Notes under the pieces: generated by a model | Databases searched by the model: none | Told to the model about the DNA's origin: nothing | Seen by the model: only the letters and a program-made list of their open reading frames with translations | In this document: one piece after another, positions 41,431 through 52,552 of the stretch | Layout of the letters: each line of letters opens with the position of its first letter | Numbering within the stretch: the stretch's first letter is position 1 | Assembly (NCBI GenBank): GCA_012295275.1 | Contig: CM022665.1 | Span: 18,662,001 to 18,726,000 of the forward strand | Length of the DNA: 64,000 nucleotides | From: Chrysomallon squamiferum | Taxonomy: Eukaryota; Animalia; Mollusca | Reading direction: 5' to 3' | Translations under genes and position numbers: made by a program

Positions 41431-42784
41431 AGATTGTATTTTTTTTCTTAGTTTTTCGTTTACAGTAATTTATCATTATTTATTTTTTTGTCTCTCTGTG
41501 TGTGGTCAACTAATGTTTAACTGTTCACCAAACATTGCCAGACTTGAAAATTTGACTTGGAATTTTAACTAACACATTCTATGGATCAGTGACAACAAAT
41601 GTAAATCAATTTGCTGCTTGTTTTTCACTTTTTTATTTTTTTATTTTTTATTTTTTTTACAAAAGTTCATTTCCCTCTCCCGGTGGTTTCTGATGTCAGC
41701 TACTTAAATTTTCCTCCTCTGACCAGCCACGATGTATGCCAAGTTTGATAGGACTGTGTCAGACAACAGGCATTCTGCAAATAGTTGTCACTCAGTAGAA
41801 GATGCACAGGAGTCTTCCAATTATAGGGTGGGATGTAGGAGCTTTGTGTTTAAGTGGGTGTAATTGGGCCCACCACATACCAGTAGGAGTAACGTTACAA
41901 CATATATACATACACTTTCTTTGGTAATTACAATAATACACAGTCTAATGGTAAAGTGAGATCTTCTGTATTAATATTGATATAATGATATGATATCAGA
42001 TATATATATTGTCAGATTTCCTTTGTATAGATTTTTCTAGTCAGTTCCAATGATACAAACATGATAACTAGTTACAAAAGGTTTCTTTGTATAATAAACA
42101 GCTGTCTGTCACAGCTATATAGATTTTGGTTGAGACATGTATAATGTATAATCACTGGGTCTACATAAGATAGTTTTCTATAAACATCCACATACATGTA
42201 TGACATAAACATAAACAAAATGCAAAAAATTTCATTGCATGCACAATACTTGGTTAAACATTTAAAAAGAAACGTTCTAGAAATTATTATTATATTTTTT
42301 TAAATTTAAGAATAATTTATACATTTATCATAACATTATGGCAATATGCATTCTTCTGTGTGTGTGTGTGTGTGTGTGTGTTTGTGAATCACCCAAGTGT
42401 GTTAATTTGCCATTAGCAGTTGTGACCATACAACTTCACAGTTGGTGTATTGTAAAGTCTTGTTAAATTAGATACCACAGTTTTTGTACAGGAGTTGTTA
42501 AATGACATCAGACGACACTTAGCTTGGGGCACTTACACTGTAGATCATATTCTTCTTCTATTCTTGCCAAGGTTCTCACCACATTGTATCCACTTAGCAT
42601 TCTCTCTGAATAAACACAGGAAAGCATTTGAGACTTCTTGAAACAATTTCTGTAGAAGCTAGTTTTTTCAATGAGCCTATTTCTGTTTCTTGTTCTTTCT
42701 ATTTTACTTTTTCTTTCTTCTCAAGTTTACTTCATTTGGAAACTTATCACGTACTCTCTTTCTCTCTTTCTTTTTCTGTCTCTG

Positions 42785-42787
<3 letters not shown>

Positions 42788-42836
<49 letters not shown>
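42788..42836. repeat. (CT)n microsatellite
   Basis: Directly visible. Confidence 0.9.
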
Positions 42837-42839
<3 letters not shown>

Positions 42840-45800
42840 ATCTCTGTCTCTCATTGTGTCGCTTTTTTAAAAATCTTTCTTTCTGTTTCTGTTTTTCTTT
42901 CTATGAATATATGTCTGTGTATGTGAGTGTGTATATATACATACAAACACATGTTTTATATCTCTGTATCAGTATATTTTTATGTATTATATTTATAACT
43001 GTATGCATGTGTACATGGATAAATATGGATCAGAGAGAAAGTGTAGGAGTATGTATGTAAGTGGTATAAATCTTTCAGTAATTTTTTCACACTTGTTTTG
43101 TATCTAAAATTGTCTGAGAAGGTGAGCAACAAAACAAACACCCACTAACAACTACACTAGTATGTTATTTGTTATCATATTTACATTCATTCAAATAATT
43201 GTTTGGAAATTATCTGCCAGTTCATTCCGTATGAAAACATTTTTGTTTGTCTCATTATTCATGTGTTTGTTTTTGCACCAAATTCATTTCATCAGTGCTA
43301 AATGGCTCTGCTGATTTGACTCTCAGTGATAAACATGTTATTTGTGATGAAATTCTCAGGTAGCAGCTTCTTTGTGTGTAAGCTGTCATTTTTGTAATAA
43401 CATCACTCTTAGTGACTGCATGTAAATACAGTGTTTTTAGCAGCAGAAAGTCCTTTCATAAAAAGTGGTTTATCTGTATTTAATAGATATTGATATACGA
43501 TTCATATATGCTTGACTGTTAGTGGTCAAGAGAGTTCAACAAACTTGGCCTTTTCTTCTTTCATTTCCATTATCTGAAGAATTTACTTCAGTAAACAATT
43601 CAAACCATTTTGTAGATATAAATTGAAAATCTAAATGTTACATCTGTTGTTGATATAAAAGTCTGTTTTGTATATTAAAATAAAACTATGAGAAAAATAA
43701 AGTGAAGGTGGTCTGTGCTGCATGCTGTGTGTCCAAACGGAAGTGACTTGTTTAATAGCAACACTACCAATACTGCATATCACTGGCATATGAAATTCAT
43801 CAAACTTCAGCTTATTATGGGGCACAGTAGAGCTGAACACACCATCACCAGATTGATTCTGAAGGCTGTCTTCACTGATTTATGATAATTAGTGACCCCT
43901 GTGTTTGGCACTGCCAAGTAAATCATTCTTATGTTGTATTAATGCTCATTGAAGCAGATGCTTTGGGCTCTAGAATATATTCATTCGGGTTTGGCTGTAC
44001 AAAGGTTTAAGATGTTGGAAACCTATAAATGTTCTATGATGTAGTAAATCTTGGTGAAATAACATTTTTCTCATCATAATTAAGCTCAGAGTGGTAAAGT
44101 CTGTTGGGAAAGTAAATGTATTGTCAAAGTGTCAACAGAAGAAATAAATTAAATTTGACAGTTAAGACTGTTCAGTTCATTAATTTTCATCTTGATAATA
44201 ATGTTGTTTAAACATCTTACTTCTGAAACTGTAATAAATCTGCTTTGAGATTTCATTGGTATAATTTGAATTTCAGAAGTTTCATTTTTAATTTTTCTTT
44301 TTGGATTTTGTTTTCATATTTTCATTATTTTGAACATAACTAACACTGTTTTCAATTTTATTGTTTTAGATGTAATAATTTATTTGAATGTAATTTATTT
44401 GTCCAGAAAGAGCCTATATTATTATAATCAAAGACAAAGATTAAAGCAAAGGCTTGGCATAACAAACATTCCTTTCTGTCTCTCATTATTACAGACTGGG
44501 GAAATTAATCACTATTGTTTTTCACCAGTCATCTCAAGGGACTGCATTGAAATTGCCATATCTTTATGAATAATATGCTGTTGTCTGACACTTTCAATTA
44601 ATGTTCAACATAAGAGACTAAGATATGACTGTTTTTAACACTGCTAATGACCTTGAACAATGAGATGATGGTAGAAATGCCACTGAAGCCTGAAACAAAT
44701 TTAATGCAACCTTTGTATGTTCTTGACATATTGCCCATTCCACCCAATGAGAATCTTTGGCATGAATCTGCAAAGTATATTTTCATAGTTAGTGACAATG
44801 ATTATGATAACTGTAAACTCTCCATTGTTATTTTTTGCTGCTGATAATATTACTTAATAATGAAAAACACAAACTAAAAATAATTTACAGTGTCATCAGA
44901 AAACATTAGGATAGGTGTGAACAGCAGCATATTGGTTGTATGAAATTTAGAGGTATTGGTAACTGTGTAAAAATCTATTCTGTTTCCAAAACAATCTTGA
45001 AAATAATTATTTAAATTTGTTAAAATTGCCTCTTTCAATTCAGGAGTAAAGCCCACAACATTAATATACATTATAATACATTATCAGTGATGGACATTAT
45101 TATAATCACTGTTGTTTTCATTCCAACCGTGGCTTCATATACATTTTTTGTAATATCATCAAAGGTCATGACATGCTGACTTGTAAGGAACATTCTTTAG
45201 ATGGAACATTTCAGAAAAAATAAATCTTGGGAATGAATCATTTTGAACTTTTGCACCTGAGAGGGATTTCATAACACCAGTTAAAAAAAAAAAAAAAAAA
45301 AAAAAAAAGCTGTGTGTTTGTAATTGAATCTCATAGCTGTGCTTTCTCATACAGGGAATGTACTCACACCAAAACCTCGAACAACTAATTGTTTCTTCTT
45401 TGATGTTAAATCCCAGCAAACATCAACCGTTTCAGTTTTCTTGCTGTGTTTTTTCATTAGAGTTTGTCACACCTACACATACCAACACTGGCCTCACCAC
45501 ATGGTGTACCTGCAGACATGTCTTTGTCACCACTTGTGTTTGCCTTTGGTGGCAAACACTCTGAGTAAGTAGTTGATCTGTTTGACCATCATATGCAAGC
45601 TGATGGTTTGCTTAGCCTGGGCGTCCGGGGGTCAAGAACACCAGAAACAGTGCTTACCTGTTGTAAATTAACTGACATTTGCCTCAGTTTGAGACTTCTT
45701 GTTACCACTGGAGATGAAACACAAAGTGTTTCTTCTAACCATGGTTTCACTAGCATGATACAGTTGGTATATGTATTTTCTGTATGGTTTGAGAATATAT

Positions 45801-47254
45801 GTCTTTACTCAGAATTTTTTTTTTTTTTTTTTTCCTCTGATAGAAAATAGGAAATAATCAGTGTATTCTGAGACTAATATGTAAACCGTTTTATCATAGT
45901 AAACTTCAAACATTTATTAGTTAAAACAGTATTCATTCCGTCTTTTTTATTTGTGGCTATAATAAAAATTTTATCCCACAGATTTAACAACAGATATGTA
46001 AGATGATAACTATAATAACATATATTTAAATGATAGTAATAGCAGTAGTAGTAATAACTGATAACAAATAATTCAACATATGTGTCATATAATATTAACT
46101 TCAGGTTTAAGTCTGAAAACTGTCTTTTCTTCTTATTATTTTATGCTTTTCTTTCATTATTATTTTTTACCCTTTTTTTATATTATTATTATTGGGGTTT
46201 TTTCACATAGCAATTTCATCAATATATTAAGGCTGAAAATCTCAGGCTGATTAAAAAAGTCATTTCATTAAAAGTAATATCAACTATTGTTTGTGACTTG
46301 TTATTTTTTAATTTTTTTAAATTTGTTTTTCCTATGGTAAAGCCACATACTACTTTCTCATTTACATTATAAACCTAATAATATCCAGTAGTAATCCGGG
46401 TGATAAACATAAAAATGAATGTGTTTTTATGTTTCTCATTAGATTACATTTTTTTTTTTATAACACATTACTATAGGAATTTTTTTCTTCTAATTTAAAA
46501 AACAAAAAGGAAAAAGAAAAAGATATTGCTTGGTTTATGTTGTTGCTCATACTAATTGGCTGCTTCTGGAGGTGACTGGAGTGCAATGTGGAACATGATT
46601 CTAATCATGACAGGAAATGATCACAGTTCATCGTGAGTTACTGGATAACTCATCAGTCTCCAGTGACCCACTGAGATTTAGTTTTCTTTCTTTGTGACTA
46701 GTATTGAGATGATGTATCATCATATCTTTTACAATAAGGTCAATTGATTGGTTTTGTGAAGCTTCCCTGAATTGAAATTGTATATATGTTTTATGAATTT
46801 AATCTGCAGTTTTCATGCACGTGAGTGTAAGTCTGACAAAACTGGTATAAATGTACAGCAGTTACTGAAAATTGTGTTGATACACAGTTACTGACTGTAG
46901 TATTGGATGTATTCTGATCTATATGTTTTATTGCTGTTATGTGGTTGTGACATAACGTAAAGAGATTGATGGTAACACTTTATAAAGACTAGTGGTAACA
47001 GCTCTTACAGTGATACTTTCAGAACTCATATACAGATCTAACAGTGATACCTTTCCCAAATTGTTCTGCTATCTGTAGTGAGTATTGTGTTGAATATATT
47101 ACATATTCATGGTTCAATTCATTGTGTAATGTTTATAAAAATATATATTTATACCAAATAAAATAAAGCAGTATATAATTTCAGATGCCAGCCATCTGTT
47201 ACATCGTGGTGGAAACATGTTGTTTATATGTTTCTTTTTCCTTTATTACCACAG

Positions 47255-47808
47255 ATCTTGATGATGACAAACATCGCCATGATGGTTCAAGCTATGGATC
47301 AGCATCTCCAGTGAACCATCCATCCCTAGATGACATAGAGTGTTTTAAGACTCACGAAATGACTGCAACGTCACTAACCTCACGCACATACATGTCAGAG
47401 AGTCCGGAGTCTGAGTCGCGATCCTGGGACTGTGAGCAGCACAGTTCTGAAGAGGAGCTCACTGAGATCAATGATGGTGACCACAGCATCAACAAGAGGT
47501 CTAGCTTGAACCAGCAGAGTATCTGTGATAGTGCGGGTTCTTCAGATGATGAGGTGAAAGAATTGTTTAACCCCCAGCCAGTCATGTTCAGATCCTCCCC
47601 ACCAAAAAGTGTTCAAAAACTTGTCGGTGTGGCTTCTTCATCATCTCCTACAAAATTCTTTCTTACAAGCGTCAGTCCTATTGCGGCTGTGGCAGCGATT
47701 TCCTCATCGCGGAAGCGGCACAGACAACCTTCTACCTCAGAGAGCTTGAGTGATATGGAAGCTACAGCTGTGATGAATAGGCCCTGTCTCGACTTTGAAA
47801 AAATGCAG
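47255..47808 (+). CDS. FAM53: Gene 3 exon 3: Ser/acidic disordered region, NLS-like RKRHR and FAM53-type RPCLDFEKMQ motif; gene continues downstream
   Basis: Pyrimidine tract + cacAG acceptor and CAG|GTTAGT donor. Phase 1 in, phase 0 out. Within track ORF 47185-47832. A basic cluster followed by RP[SC]LDF.KM.Q matches the FAM53 C-terminal homology block as I recall it. Confidence 0.85.
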
Positions 47809-48499
47809 GTTAGTTTATCAGATTATTTTTAAATCTTTGTTGAAGTACATGATTATTATTATTAATATTATTATTATTATTATTATTATTATCATTATTA
47901 TCGATAGTGGTAGTAATAGTAGTAGAAGTATTAATTTTTTTAAGTTTTCATATTTAATACACAACTGAAAGAATTATTATTATTATTAGTAGTAGTAGTA
48001 GTATCATCATTAATTTCAGTTTTATAATAATTCTAAACTGAAGTAGAAATTAGTGCTTTTTGTAAGAGGAACAGTAACTGTGATAATTTTAGTAATGACG
48101 TTAGTATCAGTTTTACTTTCAGAAGCGATAGTATTGTATTATAGTATTTTTTAATATGCATGAGTTTTTATTTGTAATGCACTGATGAATAAAAAATTAT
48201 TATATCCTTTTTATACCTGTCATAAAATACATATCATTTACACTTAAATTCACATTCTAGAAAACAACTTGTTACATTCTTTGTTAGATAATATTGTATG
48301 TAATTATTTTTTCTAAAATACATTTAAGTTTTAGTACCAAAATACACATTAAAAAGAGACATGCAAATAACTGTTTTTAACCTGTCAAATCTCATATTAT
48401 TTTCATAAAATACTTTTTATCATTTAAATTTCAATAATTAAATTTAACTACCATAAACCTAAACCATAAGTATATATGAGAATAAAATTACTGTACATA

Positions 48500-48503
<4 letters not shown>

Positions 48504-48555
<52 letters not shown>
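48504..48555. repeat. (TG)n microsatellite
   Basis: Directly visible. Confidence 0.95.
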
Positions 48556-48558
<3 letters not shown>

Positions 48559-49158
48559 TATTCAAACAAGTATAACAGAATAATAATAGTCATCAAATAA
48601 GATAAGGTTCATAAGATTAATGTATTCAGTTTGTATATTAATCATAGCCATGCATGCCAGGAACAAAATACTAATGTCAAAGTCAATGGGAGAATAGATA
48701 TCTTGGGGCATGCAAACAATTACATCACACAATTAATAACCATAAAACAGTTCACCACCAGATCAAAGATAAAATTCTTCACCATGTTTTAATGATCGTT
48801 TTATTATTTTTTTTGTATATATATTTTTATTTGATTTATGGCATGTTTAGCATAGGTAAATGAAAATTAGTTCCTGTTGGCTGCTCAGCTGTATAAATGA
48901 CGTATTTCATTACTGACATCTGTATGTGTGCACTGTCCAGGGTTTAGCTAAATTGTTTTGTTTTGAGATTTAACATCCCTTATGTCCAGCAGCTTTCCCT
49001 TTTCCCTTGTACCAGGCTCCTATCAGGCAGTGACATCTCAAATTTCAGCAACTGCTATGAATGTTTTATTTTTTATTTTTTATTATTTTTTTTTTCTGCT
49101 ATCAAACAGCAGGTGGTAGTTTTCAGTAGCCTGCAGCCATTGGTGAAAATGAACATAG

Positions 49159-50082
49159 CTGTGACCAGACTGGTGTCATCCCATTTGGTCAAAATAACTC
49201 CTCTACCAAAATACCTGTGTACATAATGAACATGGCCTCTTCGTAGTTTTTCATAGTTTCTGCATGGCCTTTTGTGAATAAATCTGTATATACAAACTTT
49301 CTTTAGAAATGGACAACGGTTTATTTACCAGTATATGTTCTCCATGGCCTCTTGAGTATATAAAAAGATGTTTTTGAAAAACAAAAAACAGAACATACGG
49401 TTGGATGCAGTGGGAACCACTGCAGCAGGATCCAGAGCTGAATTCAATGAATATGTAGTGATGGCATGGTTGGATGATGACACAAGATTTCTTCACCAAT
49501 GCTGGCCCAAGAATGAACAACAGTCTTAAAAGTTTCCCTTCACGAGTCAACAGCTGCTTCTTCAACAGCATCCAAACATTTACAGATTTGTTGACTTGAT
49601 CAAGGAGATAGTGAAATGTGAAAGAGCAAAGTTGGTGCAGTTGAATGCTGGAGCTGCACCACCACCGAGGAAGAGAGTCCACTGGGATCTCGACAACAGA
49701 GCCAGTCACCTCAAGCAGCAACTCACTGACAGAACCAAGACACCCCTGCAGTACCTGAACGCAATTGGTTATCTCATGAAGCTGCAGTGATTGGTTTTTT
49801 GTTAAATAAACATTTGTAGATGGAGACCTTCTTTTTAAATTATTTACAGACATTAACTACATTCAGTGCATGGATTATTTCAATATTTCTCATATTTCCA
49901 TACTTTATGTGATCAGTGATATCCATACCATCTATATAATAATAATCTGGAATTTTTCATTATAGTGCCTGAGGTAACAATATGCATGTCAGTGAGATCA
50001 CTGAACCACATCTGTTGTTGTTTTAGCAGTTCAACCAACTGGAAATTTGACCAAATGGGAGTAAGCCACCAGACTATCACAG
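49159..50082 (+). mobile_element. Internally deleted Mutator-like (MULE) DNA transposon in a gene 3 intron
   Basis: Inverted ends ctgtga..ctggtg..tcccatttggtcaaa (49159-49193) / tttgaccaaatggga..caccag..tcacag (50046-50082) enclose a MULE transposase C-terminal remnant. Confidence 0.7.
49437..49790 (+). pseudogene. Frameshifted MULE transposase C-terminal fragment
   Basis: Across frameshifts it reads AEFNEYVVMAWLD / GPRMNNSLKSF (cf. GPRTNNxxEGxH) / HPNIYRFVDLIKE...PPPRKRVHWDLDNRASHL...LQYLNAIGY. These are typical animal MULE transposase C-terminal blocks. Confidence 0.75.
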
Positions 50083-51185
50083 ATAAAGAATGAAATTGGA
50101 TGATTTCATATCTGTTCCTGTTTGTTCACTTCATTAATCTTGAATGTCTTTTTTTGATAAGCAAATAGAGCTGTGTGGAAGTTCAGTGGTTTGTAGTGAA
50201 GAATAATATTTCAATCACCACTTCATCCTTAGGAAACAAAATATTATTTTTAATCTTTACAGTTAACCTGATTTTCAAAAAGAAATAGAAAATAATAGAA
50301 TTTGAGATATGATATAAATAATATATATGCCCCAGAAGTATACAAATCGTCTGTCTGTGTTTGTATGTGTATCTCCGTCTCAGTGTTACTTTGTGTGTGT
50401 ATGTCTGTGTGTAACTGTATAAACTAGACAAAAACATAAACACAGATAATTTATTATGAATGTTTTATTATGTCTGTTATTTAAATATTAAATGCATTAA
50501 CTGGTTAAATACAGTTAAACTTTACAAAATCGGACCCTAGTAAAACTTCATTGTCTCCAAAATAAAATGATTGCTGTCATGCCATGATGTGTCTAATAAA
50601 TAAATGTAAAATCTCAGTGAAGAAAACCTCCACCTAAATATAAAATTGAAATGAAACAAGCTTGTAGACTACATTACTCACTAAAAACCAGGAATATTTT
50701 TTTAAATGTCAGAGATTATGGCTGAAAGCCAGTAGATCATCTCAAATGGATTTAATTTTTATTAAGCTTGAAGAAGATTATCATTTGAATCAAAATACTT
50801 TAATAAACCAAGGTCTAAGAGGAAATTAAACTATTAAAGAGTATAACATGTTCTACAGAAGCAGTCAGAAATAATGTGGCTTTATTTGATTGTAAAAAGA
50901 AAATGAATAAAGGCATTAAGGAGCAATATCCTAGTTCTAACAAAATTTGCTATGTTTCCTTCTTACTAAAGCCTCCATTGTGGGCTATGTAATATTTATT
51001 CATGATTATGGATATATTGTACATTTTTCATTCAGCCACTTTGTGGGTTTCCAGGTGTGGGTATCACACCTGTCATAGGAATGCATTGATAAAACTGCTG
51101 TCTAATTCTAAGTCATTCATTCATTGACATGTGCAGTGAGATTGCCTTCATTTGCACTTCTTATTATGTATGATCAACAGAGGCT

Positions 51186-51237
<52 letters not shown>

Positions 51238-51793
51238 GAGACAGACAAACACACACACACATAAACACACAAAAAAACCTATAAAAAGTGCTGAATTCAA
51301 CTATCCTCAAAATCAGATAGCAAAAATTAACACAGTCACTGTTGTTCCTTAGACTTGTATGTCTGCATATTTGCATTAAACTGTACACATGCATTCATGT
51401 CACCTAAACTGTAAAACCTGAATTTGAAAAGACTTGTTATTGACACTGGCAGTTTTAAAATTTTCACAACCCATGATCAAATAAAAGTCACTGTTAAGCA
51501 ATTTGTTTTGAATAACACTTCATATAAAAGTGCATGTCATTACAACATGTTTGTGTTTTTGAAACAAGTATGTCATAGCTGGTTAATATCTTCAAGATGC
51601 TTGTAGTATATGTGTAGATAACTGCCATGCATGGTGGTCATTTTGCACTAATTAGCTGTTACATTTCACCTATATTTCACTTGAGGATGTGCACAATTTG
51701 CTCACTTTTCATTGGTTCATGTTATGTTATTTCTGGCAGATTCCAGAATAGAAACACAGGCAGGAAATTGATGAAATTTTTTGAATTTGAATA

Positions 51794-52552
51794 CAGTGGT
51801 ACCTTGACTTATGAATGCTCCAACTTACAAGTTCTCTGAGCTACAAGCAGTCGCCTGCTCGTTTTATGCTTTGAGTTGCAAGCCAAAATCCGAGTTACGA
51901 GTGAGCTTCAGATAAGTCACTGTTAGTTGGCGCAACGCATAACACAACATCTGCCCAGCATCCTGCATCTCATTTGTTTGCTTCACTTGGCTACCTTGCT
52001 GTGGAAGCATCTCTGTTGTGTTGTGCTCGTGTTTGGTGCAGTATTTTGCAAAATTTCCATTGATCCTAAGAAAGTGAGTGCAAAGGACAGTGCTGAGGAG
52101 AAGAAGCAGATGATGGCCATTGAATTAGAGCATGAAATCATAGAAAGAAATGAGCAAGGTGTGTGTGTAATCAACATGGCTAGGCAATAAGAGTGTAGCA
52201 CTTCTACGATATGTACCATACTGAAGCTGAAGGACTCGATAAAGACTCCAGCCAAAGGACCTCTGTCCATGAAAAGATGGAGAAACCCTAACCCTGTACA
52301 CTTTACAAAACCAATTTATTTCTTTACATTCTCTTTCATTTTGTTTTTATTTATACATACATTTGTGATTTATACATACATTTTCTTATTCAAAAACATG
52401 ATAAAAAAAAATTAGGGTTGTTTTTTGTGGGACTGGAATGGATTAATGGTATTTCAGTTAATTTCATTTGGGAAAATTGATTTGATATATGAGCAAACTG
52501 AGTTAAGAGCTCAGTCATGGAACGAATTCAACTTTGAGTCAATGTACCACTG
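51794..52552 (+). mobile_element. Tigger/pogo (TcMar-Tigger) deletion derivative with CENP-B-type HTH remnant
   Basis: TIRs CAGTGGTACCTTGACTT / GAGTCAATGTACCACTG with TA at both flanks. Remnant ORF at about 52059-52250 reads DPKKVSAKDSAEEKKQMMAIELEHEIIERNEQGVCVINMARQ*ECSTSTICTILKLKDSIK, a Tigger N-terminal HTH with a premature stop. Confidence 0.88.

Noticed and set aside
44647-44844. Protein-looking 65-aa ORF in gene 3 intron 2
   Set aside because: No good donor in the phase needed to join exon 3 and no recognisable motif.
49251-49853. 200-aa minus-strand ORF
   Set aside because: Antisense shadow of the plus-strand MULE transposase remnant.
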